This document shows, in pieces, positions 1 through 16,158 of a stretch of 64,000 nt of DNA. Origin of the DNA: the human T2T-CHM13v2.0 reference genome, Homo sapiens. The stretch is from NCBI RefSeq assembly GCF_009914755.1, contig NC_060930.1, one strand, 5' to 3'. A model generated the notes under the pieces. It had not been told where the DNA came from. It was given only the letters and a program-made list of their open reading frames with translations, and ran no database searches. The position numbers and the translations under genes are program-made. The number at the start of each line of letters is the position of its first letter. Position 1 is the first letter of the stretch.

Positions 1-266
1 ATTTTTAATAAAATTTTATGAGAAGTCTTCAGAAACTGTGACTGTGTAAAGGTTGAATTGTCTGACTACATCATTTGAGTCAGAGTCCTTTTTAAATATA
101 TGACCAGTTTTAAAAATACAGATTCTTCCCCATCTCTCCCGGGTAAGTAAATAAAAAATATGTCCACCATCCCCTGCTGCCTTTCGATCCGTGGTGGCAG
201 GCGGGAGGTCTGCACACCAGGCTGCTCTCTCTGGTTTGCTGTGCAGCTGCACCTGTGTGCTGGTGA

Positions 267-606
<340 letters not shown>

Positions 607-2394
607 AATTGTCCCCTTCTTAATTTAAACCACGACCAAAACAGAAATTTCTGGGTTTTGATAGGGAACTGGGCTGTGTACATATGTCCTGCAGCATCTG
701 TTTGTATGATGGACGTCCTTATTGACTCATAGTGCATTTCTCTGGACATTGATATAAGGGAATTATTGTCCTTAAAATAATTTATTCTAATTTATAGTAA
801 AATAAAAGTATATTTTCATTTGGTATTTAGTTTAATCAGTAAAAAATAATGTGAATAAACTTTGCTTTTGACAAAGTATTGGCCTTAAAAGTACTATTTT
901 TCTTTATGTATTTATTTTGTTTATGTGTTTAGTTTGAATGGGTTTGGGTATACATTCCTTTGAGTCAGTTTTCATGGTGCAGTTATTTGCTAGAGTCTTA
1001 AAAATTCAAGCAACAATTTCACTACTAGTCTTTGTATTTCATTTTTATGTACTTAAAGGGCAGTTCTAAAGTGAGGGAGAACCCCAAATTACTCTCTGCA
1101 ATAAAAAACAACTGGTAAACTAGAATATGATTCAGATAGAGGAAAGCCACAGGGTTTTAGAATTACAGGCACAAAGCACTTTACTGTATTTTTTTAAGGC
1201 ATGAAGTTAGATGATTTTGTTGAGTAAAGAAGCAGAATTATTCCCTGTGCATTTTATGAAATAGAGTCCTAGGAAGTGTTTTCCTCTCTAGTTAAGGGTG
1301 CCATTTAAAACAAACAAACAAAACCAATGCAAAGTGGTCCACCTTTCTACCTTTTTAAAAAGGAAAAATCGTTGTAAAATGGAACATTGATTCTAAATTT
1401 GAAGATTTATGTGTTCCCACAGAAAAGGAAAGAAATCACCCTCTTGGGAAACAAAGAAACAAACCCCAAACCTCTAACCCAAATCCCTGAGCTTTTGCGG
1501 AGACAGACACAGCTTACTCCAGAAAGAAGGGTGCAGCTCAGCATCCCTAAACACTCCCAGGTGCGTGCTCTGCGACAGAGTGCGCAGGACACGGAGCTGC
1601 TTAATGGAAACCAATCCTGCAACACTGTACGTTTAGTCAGCTTTCTCTGTCAGATAACAGGCCTCCGTGCAGACTGTTCAAATGATATTTTGAAAATATG
1701 GTGTTATTCCACACAACTTTGAGGTGTGTAATTTTGGAGAGTAAAATGAAATCACCGGTCAGGCTGTTAAGGAGGTGGGGAAATGCCAACTTTGCCTCTT
1801 CCGGGCAGTGCTGTGGTGATGCAGCCTTGGGCCCCGCCAGCAGCGGCTTGCTGGCTGGCGCGGGGTCCTCTCCCGGGTCCGCTGCGTTGCGCGGGCAGGA
1901 CAGTCAGGTGAGCACAGGTGGCTCCGTTCACCTGATCTTCAGCCCTGTCTCCACTCAAGTGTCTTCTTGGTGGAAGCCTGGTGGTCCTTAGCAGTACTGG
2001 GAGTATTTGAAGACTAGGCCAGAAGGGCAGGGTCGCTGTGTGAGCTGCGCTTACCACCTGTTGAATGTGAAATTGATACAGAGGTGGGATGTGCTGGTTG
2101 TTTCTTGAAGTACAAATAAATGGGCACACGGGGCTGGGAGCAACTCGTGTCTGATCTTGTTTATGATTAGTGTTTTGTTTACTGAGGAATGTATTTTTAA
2201 AAAGAAAATTTGTATTCTTTGTATTTCAAAATAAACATAATGTTGGGGTGGGGAGCAGCCTGCCACTTCTAATCTCTTCTAAGTCAATTTCACCATAACA
2301 CTGACCCTATTTTTACTAGGGTCAGTAAATGGACTGATTTCTCTGATAGAATAATTTTACATATACACAAATACTCTTAAAAATACTATAGAAA

Positions 2395-2705
<311 letters not shown>

Positions 2706-2864
2706 TCAGCAATATTTTCCTCTTTTGCCTGTAATGTCTTTAAACAGTTATTTCTAAAAAGCTGTGTTATAAAATTTTATTTTTTAATTTTAGAAAAAGT
2801 TTTCCAGATGTCTGTGCCTGGGTCTATTTCTTTTCTCTTTTGGGGCGTGGTGGGGACGTGGAGG

Positions 2865-3457
<593 letters not shown>

Positions 3458-6400
3458 TCAATTTCTTTAGAAGTATTATGTAGTTAGTTATAGTTTATTT
3501 TGGTAGGTTCTGTTTGTTTTAGAGGGCTTAAAAGTCACTCTGTTTTGCCTGCACTGACTGTGTTTGTGTTGCATTTTTGCATCAAGTAATGAATTTAGAT
3601 TTAGATTAGGGAGTAACAAAGAAGTCTGTTCAGTGATGTTAAGTTTTCTCTTTCTAAAAATCGCTCTACTGGTTATCCTAATCACATAGTTAATATTTTC
3701 ATTATAAAGTTGAGAAGATTACTATTTTCTCTTTCTTTCTCTGTGTGTATTCGTGGATAATTTCTTTTAGAAGAACAGTCGTATTCTATGTACTGTTTTT
3801 ATTATCTACTTGGAAATTGTAATTTCTTGTCAAATACAGTTAGTTGCGTAGGTCATTTTAAATGATTGCATAGTATTCATATGGAATAAGCCTGTTTAAG
3901 AAAATATTAAAGAATCTAAATAGACTGTGTAACTAAGTGTTGCTTAATTTAGTTGTCTTTTTTGTTATATTAATCTTTAGTGTTCAGAATGATACTTAAG
4001 CGTTTAAAAAATTCTAAGTAGTATTTATGAAAATGGATCAAATGCTACATAAAATCAAAACCATGGAAGAGTTTGTTTGTTTTGTAATCAAATAAATCTC
4101 CTGAAACCAAAACAAACTTCTCCTCTCAGTATATTTATTTGAAATTCTTCTAGTTTACAGAAATTGTGTAATATTTATCTTGCACAACAGAAATTTTAAA
4201 TGTGCTTATGAGGTAGCAGTCCGAGAGGCAGGACATACAATAATCTCTAGCATGAACTATGCCCACGTGGCTTAAGTTTGGATTCTGGAAACGGTTTTCT
4301 GTTCCCTTTTCTTTAGTGAATATGTGCTTGCCAATTGTGGAAAGGAGCTGATTAATCGCACTTGAAGGAGAAATTCTTCTCCACTGCTCGTTTGTTTCAG
4401 TTTCAGAATCTCTCTGTCACCCTTGGAAGCAGTCACAAGGATTCTGCCCCTTGGCCTGCAGTTGTGGGGGATGTTGTCCCCAGCCTTCCCCAAAGCCTGT
4501 CATCATGGACTCAGCTGCATGCCTTATTAACTCATCTTGCAACCTTTGGCTTGTCAAGACGATGAGCTGTCAAAGCTCGCAGTGACATCAGTAGTATGTG
4601 ACTTGAATGGATATACCACATATGCTGAATCAGCTCTTTTTCATTCTCTTTGACATCAGAAAAGCAGGTGCTAAGTCTCATTTTGAAAATTTATTGGTAT
4701 CTGTTGCAGACACTTTAGAGACCACTCTGTTTATCAGACTAATAGCCAAAGGGAAGCTAATAGAGTGTTTTGGCATTTAAAGCCTAAAATTCTGCTAATT
4801 TCTTCTGGAAAAAAAGTCCCGTCATCCCTCATGTGCTGTGAGACCACAGAAAGGCTAATTTAATATTCTATGTAGGGAAAATCAGGATAGGATTATTTGA
4901 GAAATTTGTGGTTTTAAATTCTTTTATGATGGCGTAATTTTATGCGTATACTCAAGGCCATAGAATGTTATGTATGTGTATAAAAGTTGAAAGTTTGGAA
5001 TCATTGATTTTACAAAAAAGAATATAGATTTTAAAACCATCTTTTTTTGACAGCTTAACCTCAGTTGAAGTATGGATTCTCTTAATGGAAAAAATTTATT
5101 TTCATTAATATTTTAGCATGATTTAACACTAAGGTTATTATATAAGTCTTATATATGTGATCTGTAAAGGTTTTGTTTGAGATATTTGGGGGAGAATCAG
5201 CCTTGGTTCTTTTCTATTTTAGCTTGTAGGAAATGAAAAATATATAAACAGTCCAAGTATCAATGTAGATGAGGTGCTAAATAAATTGTAATGAGCACCA
5301 GAGGACATAAGAATGTGTTAATCTCAAAGCCGCATGATGGTTTTTGTGTTGTGAAAGGTTAGCTTTTCAATTGTAAGACTTAATTACCTTTCAAATGAAT
5401 ATTTCATAGAGTTACTTTGTCATTGAATATACAGCTACATAAGTATTCTCTTCCCTATGTCCTGTATGTTGTTTATCAGTAGTTTGAAATTTAGTTATTT
5501 CCTCTACTTTTCTTTTGCATAGAGCAGCTGGGATCAAGAGTTTCTTATTTTTATTTTTTAAACACAGTTTTTTAAAGCTTCAAAGGAATAACATAATTCT
5601 GCAGTGCTTTCCCTGTCATTACTTTGTTGATGCCTATCTGGAATGTGGTTGCACAGTTTATTTCATTTTCTAAATTTTCTAGGCTTGCCCAGGGTTTTCC
5701 ACCCTTCATGAAGGCACCTGTCTTCCTCCAGATGTGCCCGTTGTTCTGAAGCAGCTCTTTCTTGCTCAGTCTTCTCCACTTTATCCTTAAAAAGTATGGA
5801 AAATGGGTGTCACTTAAGAAAAGTCACTGTTTGTTATTCGATGACTGCTCTGCCTAGTTTATTAGGCGTTAACTGAATAAACTAAGTCTGCACTTAATCC
5901 GTGAATGTGTATTAATAGTTGTAGAAAGCGTAGATTAAACACATATTAAGTTTCAAATAAAAACCTAGTGGTTTCAATTTAGGGAAAAATTTGTTATAAT
6001 ACAAATATGTACAACCATTAGTAGCCTCTTTTTCCAGCTCTTTTATATTTAATGTGGTTTTGAAATTTTGGAACCTAATGGAGAATTGTAGTTTGCTAAT
6101 TATTTTGGGGGGCAGTTTGTGAACAATAAGATTTTTTTATTGTTAGCTCGATTGTCCAAAAGTCGTATTTAAATATACACTTGTACTTTATTGCAGACTA
6201 TGAAAAAATTTATTAATCATTAATAAATTCTGAGACTTTTCAGATTAGACTTCTGAAATTTTGTCTTTAAGTTGTGGGCAGTGTATACTTGTTTTAATTA
6301 CTAAGATGTATTATTTGTGTATTTACATACCTGCTTTGCTTTTATTTTCTTTTAATGAAGTACCAGCACAACCACATGAGATCTCTGGCCTCATCACAGG

Positions 6401-6748
6401 GACCACAAGTTCTCATAGAGAGCTAAGATATGTAGGATGTTTTGCCTATTTTCTTTTCAATAAGTGGGACTGGCCTTTATCTGTATGTACTGCTAATTTA
6501 TCATTCAACAAGACAGGCCCACAGCCAAACAAATTCTGGTTAACCATTTCTTGCTTAACTTGAAATTTACATTAAATTCCTATAAGTGTGCAGATAATAC
6601 TTCAATGGTATATCGCAGTCCTCATATATAAGATTTAAGAAGGCATACTTTAAATTTTTGTTTATTTTCTCGTTTTGGTAGTGTAAATGCTTAGAACCAG
6701 CATTTCAATTTAAGGGAAAATCACTACAATACAGACATAAATAACTTT

Positions 6749-7067
<319 letters not shown>

Positions 7068-7070
7068 TAA

Positions 7071-7372
<302 letters not shown>

Positions 7373-7629
7373 TAAATAACTTTTAATAGGCTCTTTTTCT
7401 GGCTTTTTCTTTTAGTAACTCAGCCCATTTTCTTCTTCTCAATCTGGTCTTTGTTAATGTTGATAACGCTGTCTTACTTTTAAATTGCCGTGATTAGAAA
7501 TTACTAGAGATATATAAACCTAGTCTTTTGGGGGATTTTGAAAGGGTCATAGTATTCTTACTGTCTTTCAAAATGTACCTTATATTTGAACATTGGAAGA
7601 TACGTGTTGCTGAATACAAGTTAGTTTCA

Positions 7630-7690
7630 TACACACACATACACATGGCCACATACATACACATATCCACACATACAAATTCACATGCAG
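7630..7690. repeat. Degenerate (CA/CATA)n simple repeat
   Basis: ACACACACATACACATGGCCACATACATACACATATCCACACATAC. Confidence 0.7.
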
Positions 7691-9059
7691 TCTTTTCAGA
7701 TAAAAATATTTAGCGATATTAAGACACAAATCACCATAGGAAATGTCATTAAATAGATATGAAAAAGTCATGAAGATAAGTTAGCTGTCACCAATGAAGT
7801 TAATGATTAATTTGGAAATGGGTTTTTTTCCTCCTGATGCTTTTGTCTTTTGACTGATTTTCAATGCTCTGTAAATGATGAGTGAGAGAAGAGGAGGAGG
7901 GAGAGAATGTGTGTATGTTTGTACATTTGGTACGTAAGATTTGTTTCAGTGCTTTTAAGACAGAAGAATATTAATTTGCCCTATATATTCAATTTGAAAT
8001 AAAAATTTCCAATCTGTTATGGTTTACCTTATATATTATATTCATTGTTATTATCATGAAAATTTAAGCTTTAGACTTTTCTGAATGTATTTAAAGTTAT
8101 TTGATCTTATTAATGAGGTCAAATTATTATTTTTTATAACGTAGACTTATATTTGAAACATAGATGCTGTATGAACCTCCTTTTGGGGGTTTCTGTGTAT
8201 ATTGAAATTGGTGATAAGATTTGCAAGGAACTTTGGTTCATTCAGTAGGGAGCCCAGTTTTAAATTTTACTTTTCTTTCAGTTAAGTGAATTTTTGTCAT
8301 TGATATATGCAAAGTTCAGATTTGTGTAGACTTTCGGGGTACTGAATTTGTTTCTTGTTCATTCAGTCCTAGGAAGGAATGTCCTTTTCTCCTCTTAGGT
8401 CACACGTGACCTTTCCCGGTCCCTGTCTGCAGTCTCTTTCCTGCAGGGAGCTGTCTCCCCTTCATGTAGCCACTGTCCTTGAGCTTTAACCAAGCATCTG
8501 TAAGCACCTCACCTGGACTCTTAACGCCTCACCTGGGAAATGATTATTGTAAACTGTTGTTTTGGTAATACTGTTTGGTAGCCAGCATTTTAATTTTAGT
8601 CTATTGTAAATTGACACAAATATTTGAATATTTTGTTCATTTTGCCATTTTACAAAAAATGAGAAAGGGGAAATTGAGAGGAACAATATTAGTGATGAAA
8701 ATATCTATATCTGAAAAATGTAATGTAAAGATATGAAACACTTGGGGAAGATGAATGCAGAAAATCTTTAGTCTGAAATTGACTATTCATTACCCCTTAG
8801 CAAGAAAGTAAATCCCCATTGAGCATTATGTTTTAGAATGGAAAATGTAAATTAAGCCTTTGTTTTCCATCATCATTCTCATCGTCTTTTTCATGCTCTC
8901 TGGTGGCAGAACCCCACCCAGCTCCCACTGATTTCAGCTTTTGCTCTTTGGTTCTGTACATGCTTTTAGAAATACCCATATGTGAATGGAGTATCACCCG
9001 GAGTCTCGACATGCTCATCACCTTCAGTGGTTATAGGATTGTAGTCTGCTGGGGTTAGT

Positions 9060-9200
9060 TGGATCTGGGTTTGAATTCTGGTGCCACCACTTCTAGCTCT
9101 GTCACCTGAGCAATTCATTTGACTTTTCTGTTTGTTTTGCTGGAAATGGGAGTCAAGGCTCCTTCCTCACAGGGTCATTGTCAGGATCACCAGAGATCAT
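9060..9200 (+). mobile_element. MIR SINE fragment
   Basis: CTGGGTTTGAATTCTGGTGCCACCACTTCTAGCTCTGTCACCTGAGCAA...AAATGGG...CTCACAGGGTCATTGTCAGGAT resembles the MIR core. Confidence 0.75.
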
Positions 9201-10415
9201 GTACTACAGTGCCTCAGTGAATGGTGGTGATTTTTGTTGTGAATGGTTACTCTGGCTTGAGGTTGTGTGCTAGCTGCTTGGAGTGAAGGGCGCAAGCCCC
9301 TGGGAGCAGGTCTCTTCTGTGAGTGGAGCCCAGGTGGAGAGGTGGCCCCAGGGAGGTGCCCCACATGCGCACAGTTGCACTGTTGAAAAGGATGGCTCAC
9401 TTCCAGTACAATGGGTTCTGTTCATGGGTTGAAACTTTCAGAGGCTGAGGATTTAACTTCAATTTACTATATTTCTGGCAAATGCATTCCAGGTTCCAAA
9501 CAATGTGACCTTGCAATGGACTTGAGTAGCATAACTTATTTATAAATTATTACCTCAGTGGACACTGAGTAAAGACATATCTTGCTGTTTATGTCTCAGG
9601 AGATTTGTGTTTGTGTGTATGTGTCGACAAAGTTCTCCAGAAAATATTCCATATGAATGCAAATCGCAGTTCAAAATCAGTCTGTTAGTCTGGGCTTAAC
9701 TTGTACCCCTTTCAGCCCCAGGATCGGTGGTGGTGGTTCCCTGTTCAGCCGTGTTGCATTTGTACTGCAGGCTCTCCCCATGAGTGCTGGTATCTGTCTT
9801 AAGACAACCAGCTAGAGGAAGGAGTGCAGTCTGGGTTCAGAACACACAGCAGAACTCACTGTTTAAGCTACTGAACACATGGTAGACATGGCGAGCCACA
9901 TTTATTTGCATTTACTGAAAAGAGATGTCACAAAAACATTTAAAACCTTCTAATACAAGAATTACTGTACATCTAATATCTGTAGTTACCCAAGAGCCAA
10001 GCTACTTAACCACTTTCAACCTTATTCCAATGGTACTAGCTTATAACTGTTAATCTAGAACTCTAGATGTTAGACTTGATTCATACGAGCTTTATATGGC
10101 CAGGGGAACTTAGACTCTGGAACACTTATTAAAATAGAAGTTTAAAAGCATACTTCAATATTACATCCCAATTTTCTAAAGAGAAGACACTGTCTAGTAA
10201 CTTAGAAGGCTCAATAATTTCAATTTGTTTTCTTCTGTCTTGTTTATTTCTTATTATATAATGCTTTTTTTTTTTTTTGCATTGACTGGTATCAGGTAAA
10301 CCAGCACTAGATTAAAGCAATTCAGACTTGAAAATTAATGTTTACCTTTTCTGTGTCAATTAGTGAACTGTAGAATGTAGAATTTGTATTTAATTATTAA
10401 GAATAAAAGCTTTGA

Positions 10416-10796
<381 letters not shown>

Positions 10797-11870
10797 TGAT
10801 TTTTGTCTTTTAAAAACAGTTTGGCATTTCACTCTCTTCTGTCACACTTGAAATGTGCTTTAACTATTTAACCAAGATTACTGAGTCTGCTATGATGTTG
10901 CAAATTTTGGAACATTAAAAACAATTTGTTCAAAACTATTTTATTCCTATTTCATTAATACTGCCAAATTTTTATGATTAGTAAACAACACTCAAAAGAG
11001 ATAATTCTTTTAGGTTATAGAGCAACTGTCTGTGGGTCATTGGAAAAGGAATGCTTCAGTGCCCAGCCTTCCTTCTGCATTGCTGTCCCAATCTCTTACC
11101 TGCTCTGCACTCACTGCTGGGCTGGAGCAGGTGACTGCCTTTTGCCCTCTGAATGACAGCAGCTGATGTTTGTGGTTGGAGAGGGGGCCCATCTTATGCT
11201 GGACTCAGTTCTCTCTCAGCCTAGCTTTGCCAACCCTGGATCTCTAGCAGGGAAGCAGAATTCTCCCCAGTGTGCTGTTTGCGTGAAAGTATAGGTCTGA
11301 TCTTCTTTGGGTCCTATTTTACCCTCTGCTGCCAGCTTCTGCAGCCGGTGGAGCCCTGATGCTAGTCACCCAAAGAAATGACAGGTTTACTGCTGTGTCC
11401 TCATTCATCTTCATCCTTCTTGAAGTTCACAGTTGATGAAATTTTTGGAAAATTCTTTATAATTAAGAGTAATTACCAGCGAATTAAAACTGAAGGGTTT
11501 TTGTAGATTTGGGGCTTTGGATTCTAAAAGACATGAATTCATACATTCTTGTTTCTGCTTTTACTTTCCTTGTGGTCTTGGAAAAAATATGTTCTTTTAA
11601 ATTGCAGCGTTATCTGTAAAATGAGCCTGCTTTCCTTATTGATAGACAGATTACATGAACCAATTGAACAAAGAGCTCAGCATAGTGCCTTAATCAATTT
11701 AGTCCCATGTTCTTCAGCCTCAAGTTATTTATCTTTAAAATGGGCATAATAACATATAACATTATGTAACAGAGATGTTGAAAGAACTTTGTGTGTGCAC
11801 GCACCTGTGTGTGTATGCAGAGAAAATATCCTAACTAGATACATTAGACAACTGTGGATGGGCTTGGGAG

Positions 11871-12397
11871 TGTGTTCCTTTACTATTGCTATACTCATTT
11901 GGAGGCTTAAAACAACATCTGTGTATTATTTCATAGTTTCTATGGCTCAGGAATCTGGGCAGGCATACTGAATTCTCTGCCCAGAATCTCCTAAGGCTGA
12001 TATCGGGGTGTCAGCCGGGGCTGTGATCTCATCTAGGGCTTGTGGGGGTTCCTCTTCCAAGCTCCTGTGGTTGCTGGCATAATTCATTTCCTTGCAGCTG
12101 TGGAGCTCATGGCACCTTGCTTCCTCAAGGCCAGCCAGAGAGTCTCTCTGATCCCTCTTTAAGGAGCTCTCCTGCTTAGATCAGGCCTACCCACGATAAT
12201 TTCCTTTTCGATTAACTAATTAGGGGCCTTAATTATATCCTCAGAGTCCCTTGACCTTTGCTGTATAACATGGTTTAATGGTAGGATTGCTATCCCAACA
12301 CATTTACGGGTCCTTCCTGCACTTGAGGCTCGAGCGCCCTAGTGTTTGTACCCAGAGCCAGGAATCCTGGGGGACATCACAGAATTCTGCCTACACA
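11871..12397 (-). mobile_element. MLT1-type MaLR solo LTR
   Basis: GGCTTAAAACAACA...TCATAGTTTCTATGGCTCAGGAATCTGGGCA near the left end and AGAATTCTGCCTACACA at the right end match reverse MLT1 termini. Confidence 0.85.
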
Positions 12398-13467
12398 CAG
12401 AGTGAGCATGGGCTGGGAAGGACATAGGTTTCTTAGTTCATATAGTTCTGTATTTAAACTTTTTAAAAATGGTATAATACATAAAGGTTAAAATAGTTCT
12501 TTTTATTTTACTTGGTATGAGATTCCCCCAGAATTCTCAAATGAAAATTACAAGACATAATTCTGGAAGGAATTTTAGTTAATGTATACTTAGTCACAAT
12601 AGTCGTTCTCAAACAGTGTCAGGAGTGGACAATCAGAAATAAAGCAAATGGTCTAGGCTTGTGACCTTATTTAGCTGTGGGGCAGGGATTGGGGCCAGCC
12701 AAAGGCCCAGGGGTGTCCAGTGGTTGCATGGTGGCACCTGTGCTGAGGGCTGGACGAGCTGTCCACTTTATCCCTTCCCCTGTGCCCACAGCTTTTGCTT
12801 TTCTGAGTGTAAAATTGCACAGATCTACTTTATTAAGAATATTTATTTTAATTGGATTGTGTCACGTTGATGAAGGATTTTTCTTTAGTTACCAGTGGAA
12901 GATGAACATTTAGTAAGCATGTGAACATAAATTTGGATAGCATGGTTTGAAATCAGAACCATAAGCACGTAATGCTTTTCCATTATTATTGATTAAAATA
13001 GGAGGCTTCGTTTCTGTCTCACCTTTTCAGTTAAACCCTCATTCTCCCCTTGGTAATATGTGGGATTCAGGTGTCAGTCTTTTCCAGCCAGAGAGACCTG
13101 CAGGACTTAGAAATCAGACTGATTACAGTTCTGATGTTCCTCTTTAAAACAAGCCATGTGCTAACAAACCAACCACCAAAAAGGTGGTCACTTTTTAGAA
13201 TTTTGCTTAAAATTTTCCAGTAAAAAGACATTTTAAACTTTCAGTTTCTTTGTATTTTGATTTTATTGAAAGAAATAAAGTTAAAAAGTCATTTCAAGTG
13301 ATACTTTGGTTGGTATCTGTTAATAGTGCTGTTGAGGATAGTTAACACATGGTAGTTTAGTATGTTTCTCATTGTATTATATAAAACCATATATAGTAGT
13401 TTACAGAGTATAGACTATGTATAACAGACTAATAGTCTCACATCATATAAGCAAAAGCCTAAGACTT

Positions 13468-13690
13468 TGTGCCGTGCAGTACAGTAGGCACTAGCTACTT
13501 GTGGGTATTGTGCACTCAAAAACTGGCTAGTAATTAAGGGACTGAATTGTACATTTATTTTATTTTAACAAATTTTAGAAATCTAAATAGCTACATGTGG
13601 CAGTCATGTTGGCTCATATTGGACAGCACAGATTATAGAACCTTTTTTTTTATTTTTTGGTAACAGCGAGTTCTTTAGAACTGTGCTGGT
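13468..13690. mobile_element. MER3-like hAT-Charlie DNA transposon fossil
   Basis: CACTAGCTACTTGTGGGTATTGTGCACTC...AAATAGCTACATGTGGC...ATATTGGACAGCACAG. Confidence 0.75.
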
Positions 13691-15269
13691 GTACGCATAC
13701 GTAGTTTATAAGTTCCTATCATGAAGCAGTAACTGTTAATAAATGATCTTTGACAGCCCTTCTGATTCTCAAATTCTGTGCCATATCGTTTGCTATAAAT
13801 TACTTTTTAATGCATTTTAATAGCATATGTAGGGTTATTTTACTTGTGAGTTTCTAAGCTGCTCATCTTCTGCATGTCTTTTACTGCTATGCAATGAAAA
13901 ACATTTTTGGTTATTGGTTTAAACAGAACTTAGTTTTTAAGCATCACAGAATTTCCATATCAGATGGGAGTTGGAGGCAAATGAAATAAATAAAAGAAAA
14001 TTCTATATTAGTTTACTTTTTAGCCCTCCAAATCCTTCCTGCTCTCAGGAGAACTGAGACTTGATTTGTTTGTCTTGAAAGATGGAACCACAGGCAACGC
14101 CCCCACTGTGTCCCTGCCCCCACTTATTTTTGGTTCAGTTTGACTTACCAATTTATTTCAATATTTACCGAATTTATTTAAAAATTTCCTCAAAGACATT
14201 TATTGGCATATATCATTCTGATTGTGGTTTTTCCTTCTTCAAAACCTCTTGATTGTTCAGGTTAGATTTTATGTGACCTGAATAGAAGTTCTCTCTTTGT
14301 CTGAAAACTTTTTCCTTGTGGAATGGTTTTCTACAACATTTTGCTAGGCTAATTTAGGTGTGATTTCCCAAAGGGCATCTGACTTGAAAACATTATTCAT
14401 TCAGGTCTGACAATGCCCAGGATTTTAGGAGAGAGAAAGAGAGAGACTAGGGAAGAAATGAAGTGAAAACTGTAGTTTAGTTTTGGATTTTGAGTTTTTA
14501 CTATTTATATTTCATTTATATCTGTGTACATTTTATTTTTTTAATAGCCTGAATAAAGATGTGCAATTTAAACAAGTTCAGATTGCCTACAGTTCAGGAT
14601 TTTTAAAACACGTAGATTATTTTGGGAGCTTTATCTTTATAAACCTTGTAATAACAAAACCACGTGAGTACCAGAATCATTTCTCTTACTTAGTTTCTTG
14701 CAAGGGAAGCATTATTGACTCTTCTTTTTGCAGCAAACCAACATTTAAAACACATTGAATGATAAATAAGAAATAATCTTGTTTGGTTAATGTACCTGAA
14801 AAGCCAATTGTGTAGAGGTAAAGAGGAAACTGTTGTAATTTTGTTTAAGATTGGAGAAGAAGAGAAAGGTTAAATTGTTCCTTGAAAACATAACGCAGAA
14901 CCAAAAACCCCCACATGTACTCTCTGACATCTTCTTCACACAAGACATATTTTATATTAATGAAATTCAGATAATTAAAAATCCAAGTGTAGGCATAGAA
15001 AAATCTTTACTTTTTCTTAGATACTGGCAGAGTTGTTTTAACTCAGTGAGAAGCATCACATGGAACAATAGAATTTATTAGCTGTTTGTTAAATTGTTTT
15101 AGCTGCTACTAAAATATATGCTTTCACTTATCAGAACTTACTTTCAAGTTCCATTACATCCTTCACATGCAGTATATGAACTTTACAGCAGCACACACTG
15201 TCTCTCCCTTCTCTGCCTTTTTGCTGTTGTTGTCATACATTCAGTATCTCAATATTTTATAAACACCAC

Positions 15270-15900
15270 TACACATATTTATTTTATCTACCATTTGATG
15301 GCCATTTGGGTTCTTTCCACTTTTCAGCTATTTTGAATAGTTCTGCCAGGAACAGTCATGTGTAGGTCTTTCTGTAGACATATTTTCAGTTCTCTTCAGT
15401 AGATACTTAGAAGTGGAATCTGCTGGGGGTGTGTGATTTTTGTGTAACATTTGAAGAAACTGCCACACTGTTTTCCAAATGACTGAACCATTTTACATTC
15501 TTATAAGCGGTGTTCCTCTCCACACCTCACCAGCACTTATCTTTTGTCTTTTGCATCGTGGCCATTTTTGTGGATGTGACTGGGGTTTTAATTTGCATTT
15601 TCCTAGTAATCAATGATGTGCATCTTTTAATGTGTGCATTGGCCATTTATACACCCTTTTTGGTGAAATGTCTATTCAAATATTTTGCCCATTTTAAAAT
15701 TGGAGGAGTTTTGTCTTGAGTTTTAAGGGTTCTTTATATATCATGGATATGCATCTTTTATCATATATATGATTTGCAGATATTTTCTCACAGGCTGTGG
15801 TTTATCTTTTCACTTGCTTAAAAGGTGTCTTTTGAAGCAAAAAAATACCTTTAATTTTGCTGAAGTCCAACTTTACCATTTTTAAAAATCACTTGTGCTT
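15270..15900 (-). mobile_element. Old L1M fragment (ORF2 end / 3' UTR, antisense)
   Basis: Typical antisense L1 text: GAAGAAACTGCCACACTGTTTTCCAAA, GTGAAATGTCTATTCAAATATTTTGCCCATTTT. Confidence 0.88.
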
Positions 15901-15904
15901 TTGG

Positions 15905-16120
15905 TGCGAAACTGCCTCATTTTCAAAAGACATTTTTTTCCACCGGATATAGAATTTTAGTTTGACTGTATTTTTTTTTTCTTTTTTTTTTTTTTTTTTC
16001 AGTTCCTTAAAGATACTGGTCCACTGTCTTCTGGCTTTCATTGTTTTGGCAAGAAGTCTTTTTAATTTTATTGTTCTTGATGTAATGTGTTTTTTTCTGA
16101 CTCCTTTTAAGATTTTTCTC
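15905..16120 (-). mobile_element. Old L1M ORF1-region fragment (left part, interrupted by the pseudogene)
   Basis: Minus-strand translation KILKGVRKK...TMKARRQWTSIFKELK...KMSFENE resembles the L1 ORF1p C-terminal motif (TMEARRQW..IFK.LK...LSFKNEG). Confidence 0.82.
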
Positions 16121-16158
16121 CTCTTCCCCCCATCTTTCCATGCCACCACAGTGGTGCA

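Noticed and set aside
795-935. AATAAA at 801 and 854 with downstream GT/T-rich sequence (possible gene 3' end)
   Set aside because: AATAAA is frequent in this AT-rich DNA and there is no upstream exon to anchor it
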